Source: a virus
Lineage: Duplodnaviria > Caudoviricetes
Strand: one strand, 5' to 3'
Length of the DNA stretch: 24,210 bases
Virus record (IMG/VR): IMGVR_UViG_3300020045_004782
Location: 1-24,210 of that record
The notes beneath the pieces are model-generated. The model did not search any database and had not been told where the DNA came from. It saw nothing but the letters and a program-made list of their open reading frames with translations. Shown one piece after another: positions 1 through 9,001 of this stretch (the first letter of the stretch is position 1; each line of letters starts with the position of its first letter). The position numbers and the translations under genes were made by a program.

Positions 1-121
1 AACTCCATCCAGTTGGGATTCTGAATGAGCCTTCCTCCTGCAAGCATCCACTGTCTCTGTCTCCAATACCACTCAGCTTTTAGGTTCTGGAACATTGGCT
101 CCTCAGACTTCCCCCCGAAGG
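1..121. repeat. Inverted copy of 448-568 (fold-back, probable chimera)
   Basis: Position i is complementary to position 569-i for i=1..121, with one mismatch (112/457); checked base by base. Confidence 0.97.
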
Positions 122-779
122 CTCTATTGGGAAGGACGGGTATGTCCGACTTATTACCGATGCGGAGCTTGAAGCGGCAACTATTCCTGAGGGTACTCAT
201 GCGGGATTCAAGATTCTTGGGTGCGACCCCGCCGCGGGAGGGGATAACTCCGCAATCGTGCTGAAATCCGCCCACTTCCAGGAGGTCTTATTCAACCAGC
301 AACTTGCAAACACCATGGACTTCGTGGGAGTCATTATGGATTTGTATAGGAAGCACAACTGCGACTACATCACCATAGACAAGACTGGGGTTGGGCAAGG
401 CGTGTATGACCGCATTAAGGATGCGGGGTATGACTGTAGGGGTGTCTCCTTCGGGGAGAAGTCTGAGGAGCCAATGTTCCAGAACCTAAAAGCTGAGTGG
501 TATTGGAGACAGAGACAGTGGATGCTTGCAGGAGGAAGGCTCATTCAGAATCCCAACTGGATGGAGTTCCAAAACATTAAATATAAAAACAGGGACGGCA
601 GAATTATTATCCAACCAAAGGAAGACCTCTTTAGGGAAGGCATACACTCACCGAACGTAGTAGACGCAGCCGTATTGACACAATGCGTTACAGACCAAAG
701 TATAAAGAGCGCAAGAATACTCCGACACCGTGGTGTGTTTAACGACAAGATGTTGGACATCTGGAGAGGAGAATACTAA
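111..779 (+). CDS. terL: Terminase large subunit, C-terminal RNase H-like nuclease domain (5'-truncated)
   Basis: Frame of ORF 258..779 stays open upstream: PPEGSIGKDGYVRLITDAELEAA...ILGCDPAAGGDNSAIVL, then IDKTGVGQGVYD, FQNLKAEWYW and SPNVVDA, which are typical TerL nuclease motifs; lies upstream of portal. Confidence 0.9.
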   Translation, partial: PPEGSIGKDGYVRLITDAELEAATIPEGTHAGFKILGCDPAAGGDNSAIVLKSAHFQEVLFNQQLANTMDFVGVIMDLYRKHNCDYITIDKTGVGQGVYDRIKDAGYDCRGVSFGEKSEEPMFQNLKAEWYWRQRQWMLAGGRLIQNPNWMEFQNIKYKNRDGRIIIQPKEDLFREGIHSPNVVDAAVLTQCVTDQSIKSARILRHRGVFNDKMLDIWRGEY

Positions 780-781
780 CT

Positions 782-1222
782 ATGAAAAAAAAGAAAGCAG
801 TGGAGGTTCAGAAGTTCGGGGGAGTGGATGAACTCGGTATGGTTTCCGCGCCCTCCAATCCTGGTGGAGTTGAGCGGGACTTCGCCCACGATGTAAAAAG
901 TATTGAGGTTCAGTCAGACAGACATCTTGAGGACGACCAAGGTGGCGGCGGTGCGGCCATTGTTCGCATGTTTGAGTTTGGTATTAACCCAGAGGCATTT
1001 AAGCAGTACCAACCCACCAAGCAGGAGTTATTTAATTCCCACTATAAGGGAATTGAGCTTGCTCTTTGGAAGGATGGTTTGAAAGTTATTCCAGAGGTAA
1101 ACCCCAGAATTGTGGTGGATACCCAGAACGGCAAATATCAAATCTTTGTTGGTGCCCAGCCAATGCGTGGACACATTCTTAGAGAGCAACCACAAACACT
1201 AGCACAACAGATACATGGCTGA
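782..1222 (+). CDS. Phage hypothetical protein between terminase and portal
   Basis: 146-aa ORF, 2 nt after the terL stop, overlaps the portal start. Confidence 0.8.
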   Translation: MKKKKAVEVQKFGGVDELGMVSAPSNPGGVERDFAHDVKSIEVQSDRHLEDDQGGGGAAIVRMFEFGINPEAFKQYQPTKQELFNSHYKGIELALWKDGLKVIPEVNPRIVVDTQNGKYQIFVGAQPMRGHILREQPQTLAQQIHG

Positions 1223-3236
1223 AAATTTAACAACGAAGGAAATCAAGGATGGTCTTCCTGCGGAAACGAAAGACATCTACTCCAAGTACATGGAGGCGTT
1301 TAACTTTCTGCAACCACGAAAGCGCAGACAGGTAAATCAAATTGTGCTTCTCAATAATTTGCAGAGAGGAGATGAGAACATTGCATCCACTCTTTTGATT
1401 ACGCTGTTCAACAGAATCATGTCTAACCTGTATGACGATAAGATGCAGGTGAAGTTTGTTCCTGGAGAAGAAATGGAGCAGAAGAAGGTTGCATCACTCA
1501 ACATCCTCGCGCAAAACGATTACCGTGAGATGGACATGGCGCAGAAGGACTACGACTGGACATGGGATACACTCTTTTTTGGAAGGGGGTATATGGAAAC
1601 ACTCCGCTTTGATAAGGCGCGTAAGATTCTCCAACCGCATGTCATCAACCCACTGGTATTTGGGTATGACCCATTCTTTGACGAGCCCCAACAGTGGCGT
1701 TACTACTGGAAGTGGATTACCAAATCGTCTGTAGAAATAAAACAACTTATAAAGGCGGGAGTAATCACTACTATCCAAGACCCAAAGGAAATTCCTTCTG
1801 GCATTGACTCGTACTTGTGGAACTACAAAATTATTCGTGAGCGTGCGAAGTTTGTTACACCAAACGCAGACGACACCGACCAGGGAGACATACACCAAAT
1901 CCTTGAGTTCTTTGGATATGACAGCGATGGGGATAAGTGTGTTACCTGGGTGGACAAGGACTTCTCAAAGATTCTCTACAAGAGCAAACTCAACCTTAAT
2001 GACGGAGAGGACATCATTGGCCCTGGGGGAGAGATTGTGAAGACTGGTTCCAAGTGGCCGATTGTAGTGAAGGAGGCGTTCCGCGAGCCACATGCTTCTG
2101 TGAACTTCTCTGTTGCAGACCTTCTTGAAGACAAGCACCGCGCACGAAGCGTTCTCCTCAACCTGGCGTTCCTCGCAGCGAAAGATAAAGCAAATCCTTT
2201 ATATGTGTATGACCCAGACAAGGTACGAGATGTAACCCAACTATTTTCACGACAAATCTACCAGCACATTCCTGTTACGGATGTTGATAAGGCAATCGCC
2301 CCACTCAACACTGACGCGGCACTTGACCCAAGCCTCCAGGCGTTTATGAACGTGCTTAACCAAGAGGCATCTGACCCGATTGGTACGGGCATGGCTCCAG
2401 AGGAAGCAAGTCCTGGCAAAAGCACCGCAACGGAAGCGGCTATTCAACAGCAACTCAATGACCTCGCGCAGTCCCTCCAAAGCAAGGTGCTTCAATACGG
2501 CACAGCGGAGTTTTGGAGCCACTGGTATCAACGATACATTAACCACACCAAGGCTGGGGATGAAAAGATTGCAACCATTGTGGGAGTAAAGGGAATGACC
2601 TTTGAGAAGATTGACCTTGGGGATATTAAGACCAAGTTCCCCCCAGGAGTGCTCGTTTTCTCTGCGAAAGAGGCGGAGTACAAAGACCTTGTGGAGCGTA
2701 GAGACCTTATGGAGCTGTATCCTGTTTTCCGTGAAACACTTACTCCAGACGGACTCCGAAACTTCCAGAAGTATGTCTTCTTTCCAAAGTTCCAGTCTCT
2801 TGACCCACAGACCATTGACATAATGCTTCCAGACTCTATTGACGAAATAAAGGCAAGCCAAGAAAATGAGCGTCTAGGAGAGAACGAGATGGTGCAAGTG
2901 TTGCCAACGGATAACCACGAACAACACCTCGCCGTACACACTCAATGTAAGGACTCCTGGGCCAAGTGGATTCACATTCAATGGCATGAGGAGCTTCTTT
3001 CTCAACAAAAGGCTCAAATGATGCAAGCGCAACAAATGCAAATGCAACAAATGGCACAAGGAGGGGCGCAGGGCGGTTCTCAGGGGGCTTCGGGTGCCTC
3101 TCCCAAGCCAGGAGAGGAGCCGCTAGAACAAAAGCCAGGGGTGGTCGGTCAAAAGCCCCTTGAAGCGGCGGCTTCCCTAAGAGGAGAGACAATGAAAAGT
3201 ATTACAAACAGTCAGGGCACTAACAACACAATGTAA
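1215..3236 (+). CDS. Portal protein (P22-like)
   Basis: 673 aa after terminase; DTLFFGRG, TATEAAIQQQ, DNHEQHLAVH motifs and Gln/Met-rich C-terminal tail typical of P22-like portals. Confidence 0.9.
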   Translation: MAENLTTKEIKDGLPAETKDIYSKYMEAFNFLQPRKRRQVNQIVLLNNLQRGDENIASTLLITLFNRIMSNLYDDKMQVKFVPGEEMEQKKVASLNILAQNDYREMDMAQKDYDWTWDTLFFGRGYMETLRFDKARKILQPHVINPLVFGYDPFFDEPQQWRYYWKWITKSSVEIKQLIKAGVITTIQDPKEIPSGIDSYLWNYKIIRERAKFVTPNADDTDQGDIHQILEFFGYDSDGDKCVTWVDKDFSKILYKSKLNLNDGEDIIGPGGEIVKTGSKWPIVVKEAFREPHASVNFSVADLLEDKHRARSVLLNLAFLAAKDKANPLYVYDPDKVRDVTQLFSRQIYQHIPVTDVDKAIAPLNTDAALDPSLQAFMNVLNQEASDPIGTGMAPEEASPGKSTATEAAIQQQLNDLAQSLQSKVLQYGTAEFWSHWYQRYINHTKAGDEKIATIVGVKGMTFEKIDLGDIKTKFPPGVLVFSAKEAEYKDLVERRDLMELYPVFRETLTPDGLRNFQKYVFFPKFQSLDPQTIDIMLPDSIDEIKASQENERLGENEMVQVLPTDNHEQHLAVHTQCKDSWAKWIHIQWHEELLSQQKAQMMQAQQMQMQQMAQGGAQGGSQGASGASPKPGEEPLEQKPGVVGQKPLEAAASLRGETMKSITNSQGTNNTM

Positions 3237-3238
3237 CA

Positions 3239-3685
3239 ATGATAAATTACGCAGCAGGAGCACCGCAGGGAGACCGAGGCCCCTTTTGGGGAGCCCTTGC
3301 CGTGGCTCCGCTTAAGGCAATCCAAGCCAGAATCAGTGAGAACGGTACGGCTTCCTCAGTGATTACCGTTACCCAGAACACCACCGCGATTGAGGTGGCA
3401 ACTCAGGGCACGGCAGGGATTATTAGGTGGATTTACACCACAGACGCAGAGGCTTCTGTGTTCGGCAACGCCTCAGTGATGAACTTTGACCACGTTATCC
3501 CACCAAACACCGTGCGAAGGTTCGTGATTCCAATTGAGTCGGGCGCAAACACCACGGTTGGGGCGACCATCACTTCAGTTCAGGGTCAAAACAGGGAATA
3601 CGGCCTCTTTAGACGAGTTGCCTGGGCGACTCAGGGCATCGCGTCTGTGATGATGAACGAATACGGTAAATCTAACAGCTACTAA
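3239..3685 (+). CDS. Putative virion structural (decoration-like) protein
   Basis: 148 aa, beta-rich composition, tightly packed in the head operon; function inferred from context only. Confidence 0.6.
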   Translation: MINYAAGAPQGDRGPFWGALAVAPLKAIQARISENGTASSVITVTQNTTAIEVATQGTAGIIRWIYTTDAEASVFGNASVMNFDHVIPPNTVRRFVIPIESGANTTVGATITSVQGQNREYGLFRRVAWATQGIASVMMNEYGKSNSY

Positions 3686-3686
3686 T

Positions 3687-3863
3687 ATGGCAAGACCAAA
3701 GAAAGTAGAAGATTCCGCCACGGCGGATGTTATGGAATACGTAGCGGCTCTATCACAAAGAAGTTCGGGAATCGCGCCACTCTCTATTGACTATCCTAAC
3801 GAGGGACTCAATGATATGGCAAGGAAGATTAACGAAATAATCAACCACCTCAATGCCTCCTAA
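3687..3863 (+). CDS. Small hypothetical protein, 58 aa (MARPKKVED...INHLNAS), not in the ORF track
   Basis: ATG 1 nt after the upstream TAA; fills the gap; MARPKK start is common in small phage head-region proteins. Confidence 0.75.
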   Translation: MARPKKVEDSATADVMEYVAALSQRSSGIAPLSIDYPNEGLNDMARKINEIINHLNAS

Positions 3864-3936
3864 GGAAAAGAAGACGCACAAGAGCACACTGAAAAGTGTC
3901 GCCCGCAAGGTTTTCGGAGGATTATACGACAAGTAA
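3853..3936 (+). CDS. Small basic peptide, 27 aa (MPPKEKKTHKSTLKSVARKVFGGLYDK)
   Basis: ATG overlaps the end of the previous ORF; Lys-rich; fills the remaining gap. Confidence 0.5.
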   Translation: MPPKEKKTHKSTLKSVARKVFGGLYDK

Positions 3937-3971
3937 GTGGTCGGTATTACCAAAAATAAGAAAATTAAATC

Positions 3972-4490
3972 ATGTCAATCAGATTACCGTTAGCAACAGT
4001 TCTTACTTCTGACAACTCAGGAGAGGTCGGTGCGGGCTCCGTAGCTGGTGGTGTAGCAATTCCATTTGTTCTTCCACAAGACACAGACAATGTGGTTGTT
4101 AAGCTCCGCGCATCCACCGTTGGTGGTGCAGTTTCAGCACTTTTCCAAACGACCGATGATGGAGGAACCACTTGGTATGACGTTGCGCGCACATCCATTG
4201 TGTCCAACGCAAACGCAACAACCGCTCAGTGGCTCAACGTACAGGTCGTTGGCCAACCGTTCCGCTCTGCGGTTCAGGGTCAGGCTTCTACTTTGGGTAA
4301 CACCAACGTGGGAACCATCCTTCAAACGACAGGAAGTGCTGCGGCATCAACGCTCGCTCAATACCAAGCATCAGGTATGCCAATTTTGAGTCAGCAAAAC
4401 CGCATCTTCCTTATTTTGACAGGAGACCTTACCGCAGCAACCGTGCTTACCACGGAAGTGAAGGTAAACAGTCAGTCGGCAACAGCCTAA
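3972..4490 (+). CDS. Putative virion structural (beta-sandwich/decoration-like) protein
   Basis: 172 aa, A/S/T/V-rich, FQTTDDGGTTWYDV motif, AT-rich leader. Confidence 0.6.
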   Translation: MSIRLPLATVLTSDNSGEVGAGSVAGGVAIPFVLPQDTDNVVVKLRASTVGGAVSALFQTTDDGGTTWYDVARTSIVSNANATTAQWLNVQVVGQPFRSAVQGQASTLGNTNVGTILQTTGSAAASTLAQYQASGMPILSQQNRIFLILTGDLTAATVLTTEVKVNSQSATA

Positions 4491-4506
4491 CTGAAAAAGC
4501 TACCAC

Positions 4507-4869
4507 ATGAACAATTCAAAGTTAGCGATAGACAGCGTACCTCTGACAGAAGAAAAAAGATTTGATAGAACCCCGATTCTTGCAGAGCAAGAGGGAAGAA
4601 TAATCAAAATCATTGAAGCACTCGCAGAGGTTCGTGAAAGTTCTGGGTGGAGTACCTTGAAAATAGAAGTGTTTGACGGACTTACAGCAACTCTTGAGAG
4701 ACAGTTGCGCGAGGAAGCCAAACAAGACACACCAGACGCTCTCAAATTAAATAGATTGGCAGGACAACTCAAATGGGCCGAGAAGTTCTCCGACCTAGAG
4801 AAGTTAGAGCAAGCGTTTCGTGTTGAACTTACAAACATAAGAAAAAACCTACATGGCAAACCAGAATGA
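4507..4869 (+). CDS. Helical phage head-module protein (portal-scaffold interval)
   Basis: 120 aa; ESSGWSTLK motif plus coiled coil resembles small proteins encoded between portal and scaffold in P22-like podoviruses. Confidence 0.65.
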   Translation: MNNSKLAIDSVPLTEEKRFDRTPILAEQEGRIIKIIEALAEVRESSGWSTLKIEVFDGLTATLERQLREEAKQDTPDALKLNRLAGQLKWAEKFSDLEKLEQAFRVELTNIRKNLHGKPE

Positions 4870-5266
4870 CCAGGGCGCAAGCCCCGCTACGGAGAGCGCA
4901 ATTGCTCCTGTTACCTTCCCACAACCAGAGGCCCTACCTCGCCAAATGCGAGTAGAGCGCGGAGGAGACCGCTCAATGCCCTATTCCCGCAGATTTCCAC
5001 AAGTTCGTGGTGGAATCTGTGAGTATTGCGGTGTTATAGACGTGAATCAACCATCACACTTTCAGTATAAGTTGTGCAACCACTATCGTGGATTGCAACT
5101 GCGATGTAGCTATTGTCCTGAGTCTAAAGACGCAGATGACGTAATACATCACGCCAACCTGAATGTTGCGGAGAACCCGCACAACCCGCAAGAGTTGGTT
5201 GTATGGTGTGATTCATATAACTGTTCCCGTGCACACGAGCAACGGTACAACCGTGCGACCGCGTAA
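4853..5266 (+). CDS. Cys/His-rich putative zinc-binding protein
   Basis: CEYC, CNH, CSYC and CDSYNCSRAH clusters; overlaps the upstream stop. Confidence 0.7.
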   Translation: MANQNDQGASPATESAIAPVTFPQPEALPRQMRVERGGDRSMPYSRRFPQVRGGICEYCGVIDVNQPSHFQYKLCNHYRGLQLRCSYCPESKDADDVIHHANLNVAENPHNPQELVVWCDSYNCSRAHEQRYNRATA

Positions 5267-5357
5267 TTGGAAATTGTCGCTCCAGTTATTGTAGAAAGAC
5301 TTTTCGTGAGCAGGGTTCGCCACTCTGCAAACATTGTAACCAAATAAATTAAACAAC

Positions 5358-5801
5358 ATGGCAGTAGATGAGAATGGTAATGAAATTATTAACACCCAAC
5401 CTGTTGAGAATCGCTCACAGGAAAGGATTAAAGAGCTCTCTGACAAAGTAGAACTGACCGCAAAGGAACGTGATGAGATGAAGACTCTTAATGAGAGCCT
5501 TACACGCAAAAACACATTCCTTTCAGGATATTCAGAGGTGATAGCTAAGTTTCCCGCAGCTTCCGAGCATCGGGACGCGATTGAGGAGAAAGTCCTTAAG
5601 GGCTACACCGTTGAAGACGCAACCTTCGCAGTATTAGGGCCTACGGGTAAATTGGGGAACGCCCCAGCACCCGTACCGACCAATCCCGCAGGAGGCTCAG
5701 CTCCAACAAACATCCCACAGTCAGGTGCAGACAAACCTATTGCAGAAATGACGCAAGCTGAGAGGCGAGCGAAGCTGGAACAGGAAATTGTCTGGACATA
5801 A
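5358..5801 (+). CDS. Capsid scaffolding protein
   Basis: Directly upstream of capsid; N-terminal coiled coil (QERIKELS), Pro-rich linker, C-terminal helix (IAEMTQAERRAKLE). Confidence 0.75.
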   Translation: MAVDENGNEIINTQPVENRSQERIKELSDKVELTAKERDEMKTLNESLTRKNTFLSGYSEVIAKFPAASEHRDAIEEKVLKGYTVEDATFAVLGPTGKLGNAPAPVPTNPAGGSAPTNIPQSGADKPIAEMTQAERRAKLEQEIVWT

Positions 5802-5825
5802 CCTAGTTAAGGGCAATTAAAAATT

Positions 5826-6923
5826 ATGGCAGTAACACTCCGAGGTTCTTCATGGGGCGGTGCTGGAGCCAACAGTTCGGAACTTCTCGTTGCATACATC
5901 AACGAGGAAATCCGCACACTGGAACCAGACCTCCAGTATGCTCGTCTTGGTGTAAGACGCGATGCGCCGAAAGGCTTTGACCGCATCTTGTTCCCACAGA
6001 CGAACCAAATTCCAGTTAAAATCAACGTAAATATCAACTCCTCTGTAACTTCCTTCGGTTCATTCGTTGGAGGTGGCATTGGGGGTTCAGTAACCGCAGG
6101 AGGCAATGCATCTGTTGAAGGACAGGCTAACATCGCTCCAGGAGCACCAGTTTCCTCAACTGCTGGTGTTGCGGCAATCGTAGAAGGAACCAACCCAACG
6201 TCAGTAACGTGGGGTGCAACTTCCTACGGCTCTGGCCCGTTCCAGTTCGGTATTCTTATCCAAGTTTCCGACCTCCTTGTTCACAACTCAGCTATTGAAG
6301 TAGTTGATTCGTGCGCTCGCCAGGTTCGTGAGGCTATGGCTCGTCTTGTTGATACAGTTGTACAAACTGTCGTAAACTCAGGCGTAAACGGTGTTATCTA
6401 TGCAGGAGGCAAGACCTCTCGCACAGGCTTGGGCGCAGGAGACATCCTCACTCAGACCGAAATGGTCAAGGCTGTTCGCAACATGCGCGCAGCAAACGCA
6501 GCTGGAGTGCGCCCATTTGATGGCTCGTACTATGTTGCGGTTATCCACCCTAACGTCATGGCAGACCTGATGAGCAATTCTCAGACTGGTGCATGGCTTG
6601 ACGCGGGTCGCTACACAGACGTAACGGGTCTGCGTGAAGGCAAAATGAAGGACTTTAGAGGTATTCGCTACCTTGAGAGTGCCTACCAGAACTACTACAA
6701 CTCAACCCAAACCGTATATCCTACGACTGTGGTTGGAGACCAGTCGTTCGGTTGGGGCTACTTCCAACAGCCAACAACCACGCTCGTTTCTACTGCTGAC
6801 AGCAATAACCCACTCAATCTCTTTACGAGTATTGGTGGAAAGGTAACTCTCGGTGTAACTCGCTTTGAGGACAAGCCGTTCGTATACCGTATTGTTCGTG
6901 CAGAGTCAGCCGCATCTGCGTAA
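5826..6923 (+). CDS. Major capsid protein, N4-gp56-like family (HK97 fold)
   Basis: 365 aa; IVEGTNP, QFGILIQVSD, YYVAVIHPNVMADL and GIRYLES motifs; position after scaffold. Confidence 0.9.
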   Translation: MAVTLRGSSWGGAGANSSELLVAYINEEIRTLEPDLQYARLGVRRDAPKGFDRILFPQTNQIPVKINVNINSSVTSFGSFVGGGIGGSVTAGGNASVEGQANIAPGAPVSSTAGVAAIVEGTNPTSVTWGATSYGSGPFQFGILIQVSDLLVHNSAIEVVDSCARQVREAMARLVDTVVQTVVNSGVNGVIYAGGKTSRTGLGAGDILTQTEMVKAVRNMRAANAAGVRPFDGSYYVAVIHPNVMADLMSNSQTGAWLDAGRYTDVTGLREGKMKDFRGIRYLESAYQNYYNSTQTVYPTTVVGDQSFGWGYFQQPTTTLVSTADSNNPLNLFTSIGGKVTLGVTRFEDKPFVYRIVRAESAASA

Positions 6924-6936
6924 CTGATTGCTATTC

Positions 6937-6965
6937 CTTGCCCCTACTGTGGTAGCGGGGGCAAG
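6937..6965 (+). promoter_or_regulatory. Strong hairpin after the capsid gene (attenuator or mRNA stabiliser)
   Basis: CTTGCCCC (6937-6944) pairs with GGGGCAAG (6958-6965); no U-tract; ends 3 nt before the next ATG. Confidence 0.6.
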
Positions 6966-6968
6966 ACT

Positions 6969-7655
6969 ATGGCAACCAGTATCCTATCGGCCATCACATA
7001 CGCGCAACAATTGGCGCAAACAAGTTCCAATAACATTGGAAGTGTTTTGGGGCTTGCTCTAGCTAATGACGCGCTCCAAACGTGGACACGGGACATGCTC
7101 TCAAGAAACGTAGACGCTGCACAAACGCAAGAGGCGTACCGCGACCTGTCTACCAATAGTCCCAACACCTACTTGTGGCCGAGCGATATGTTTGCCCTCA
7201 AGACCATAGAGGTAAACTACCAAGACTCCACGCAACAGAACTATATACAGGCGCAGGTGATGGATGTTGCTAACATTCAAGGTAAGTCCTTTGATTGGCT
7301 TCGCGTGAACCAACCCCAAGACGCACCCGTGTTTGATAATCGTGGAGACCAGTTTGAGTTGTTCCCAACCCCAATTGTGGGCAACACGAATGGTATTAAA
7401 ATCTTCTACTACCTGACCCCCACAGAGTATTCGGATGTTGGTCAAGCAATCCTCTACCCACAGTTGCTTGATTACCGCACACTATCTTGCAAGATGGCTT
7501 CAATGTATTACAAGACCCAGAACGACATCAACATGGCTGGGATATACGAGAAAGAGTACCAAGAGAGAATCGGCAAGATAATTAACGTGGTGTCCCCAGG
7601 TACACAGCAACCAATCCAACCAACTCCTTTAGCCATCACGGGTTGGAACTTCTGA
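6969..7655 (+). CDS. Head-tail adaptor protein
   Basis: 228 aa after capsid; TYLWPSD and FELFPTP...IKIFYY motifs typical of podovirus adaptors. Confidence 0.75.
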   Translation: MATSILSAITYAQQLAQTSSNNIGSVLGLALANDALQTWTRDMLSRNVDAAQTQEAYRDLSTNSPNTYLWPSDMFALKTIEVNYQDSTQQNYIQAQVMDVANIQGKSFDWLRVNQPQDAPVFDNRGDQFELFPTPIVGNTNGIKIFYYLTPTEYSDVGQAILYPQLLDYRTLSCKMASMYYKTQNDINMAGIYEKEYQERIGKIINVVSPGTQQPIQPTPLAITGWNF

Positions 7656-7656
7656 C

Positions 7657-7851
7657 ATGACATGGACAAAAGTACCGAAACCAGCAGAAACATCAGTGGT
7701 ATCTGGGAATCCAGACGCGGAGCCGTGGGGACTGTTAATGGCAATTACCAGCGTTCATTCCAACGCCGTGTCATCAATAACAACGGGTTGGACAGATGTT
7801 TCCAAACCAACTTCCTCAACTTGGTCTTTAGTCGCTAAACCTACAACATAA
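7657..7851 (+). CDS. Small virion-associated protein with repeated WTxVxKP motif
   Basis: 64 aa; WTKVPKP, WTDVSKP, WSLVAKP; 1-nt and 0-nt gaps to neighbours. Confidence 0.7.
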   Translation: MTWTKVPKPAETSVVSGNPDAEPWGLLMAITSVHSNAVSSITTGWTDVSKPTSSTWSLVAKPTT

Positions 7852-8997
7852 ATGCCAATTCCAATCAGTTACGGTGCGGGAACAGCCTCAGTCGCCTCAG
7901 AAAAAATAGGGAACAATGACTACCAGCAAATAAAGGTTGTTGGTGCTGAAACGGGGTCTACCTCTGTCATGGGCGTAAACCCAGACCGCTCTATTAACGT
8001 GTCTGTGGTCGGTGCAGTACAAGTTACTGGCTCCATTGTTACTGTTGGGAACGGGTCTGTTTCAGGAACCCTTGGGGCCTCTGTCATTGGGTGGGTGCCA
8101 ATTCAACCAAGCAACACATCAACGATTTCGTACATCCAAAACTCTGTTGCGACCGTTATTATCGGAGGGTCAGTTGCAGCAACCTTTACGCCACCAGCAA
8201 ACCAGTCTGTTTCTGGAACCGTAGACGCTTCTATTATCGGGTGGGTTCCCATTCAGGCATCCAACACCTCCATAATCACCGTCTCACAGAGCTCCTCTAT
8301 CGTCGGGGTGGTTACGGGTTCGGTTGTTGCAATCCCCACAGGCAACCAGTCGGTTTCTGGAGCACTCTTTGTCTCTGGCTCGGTTATGCTGGGAAACTCA
8401 AACGCTTCGGTAATCACCGTTTCCCAAAACTCCTCAATCATTGCAATCAACGCTGGTTCGGTTGTAACCATCTCCCAGGGCTCGGTTATTACCGTATGGC
8501 AAGCTCCCTCAATTGCTGGAACATACGCAGAAGACGCAGCACACACAACAGCAGACAGGGGTCTCTTTACCCTGGGAGTACGAAACGACACCGTTGCTTC
8601 TTTTGTTTCAGCTAACGGTGAGTACACAGCATTTGGTCTTGACTCTGCGGGCCGCACGGTAACCAAACCCTTTTCCCCAGAGGAATCTCGCATAGAGGGG
8701 TACAACTCTGTTGTAAGCACTTCAGTAACCACGCTTGTCGCAGCTGCCGGCGCAGGACTCCGCAACTACATTACGGACATTATGATCGCCAACTCAGGAG
8801 CGACAACCACGATTATTACTTTCAAAGACGGAGCAGGCTCTGTCTTGGGGTATACGATTGCGCCAACAGGTGGAGGTTCAAACATGATTGGCATGGCCGT
8901 TCCAATGAGAACGGGGGCAAACGCAACCTTTGATTTCCAGCCAACGGCAGCTTCCTCAATCATCTATGCAACGGTAAAGGGCTTCAAAGCACCATAA
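7852..8997 (+). CDS. Ser/Val/Thr-rich fibre- or spike-like structural protein with internal repeats
   Basis: 381 aa; three roughly 50-aa repeats starting SVSG (two with GWVPIQxSNTS); C-terminal globular beta domain. Confidence 0.65.
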   Translation: MPIPISYGAGTASVASEKIGNNDYQQIKVVGAETGSTSVMGVNPDRSINVSVVGAVQVTGSIVTVGNGSVSGTLGASVIGWVPIQPSNTSTISYIQNSVATVIIGGSVAATFTPPANQSVSGTVDASIIGWVPIQASNTSIITVSQSSSIVGVVTGSVVAIPTGNQSVSGALFVSGSVMLGNSNASVITVSQNSSIIAINAGSVVTISQGSVITVWQAPSIAGTYAEDAAHTTADRGLFTLGVRNDTVASFVSANGEYTAFGLDSAGRTVTKPFSPEESRIEGYNSVVSTSVTTLVAAAGAGLRNYITDIMIANSGATTTIITFKDGAGSVLGYTIAPTGGGSNMIGMAVPMRTGANATFDFQPTAASSIIYATVKGFKAP

Positions 8998-9001
8998 TGC
9001 A

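Noticed and set aside
81-110. In-frame TAG upstream of the terL nuclease domain as evidence of stop-codon recoding or an intron
   Set aside because: The TAG lies inside the inverted copy of 459-568; elsewhere TAA, TAG and TGA all end genes at tight junctions and long genes are uninterrupted
25-264. 79-aa ORF at the window start
   Set aside because: Spans the fold-back junction and overlaps the real terminase frame out of phase
3000-3236. Gln/Met/Gly low-complexity tail of the portal
   Set aside because: Ordinary feature of P22-like portal C-termini
8050-8430. Internal repeats in the Ser/Val-rich gene as a DGR template/variable pair
   Set aside because: Differences are at synonymous and mixed positions rather than adenine-specific, both copies are in-frame coding, and no reverse transcriptase lies in the window
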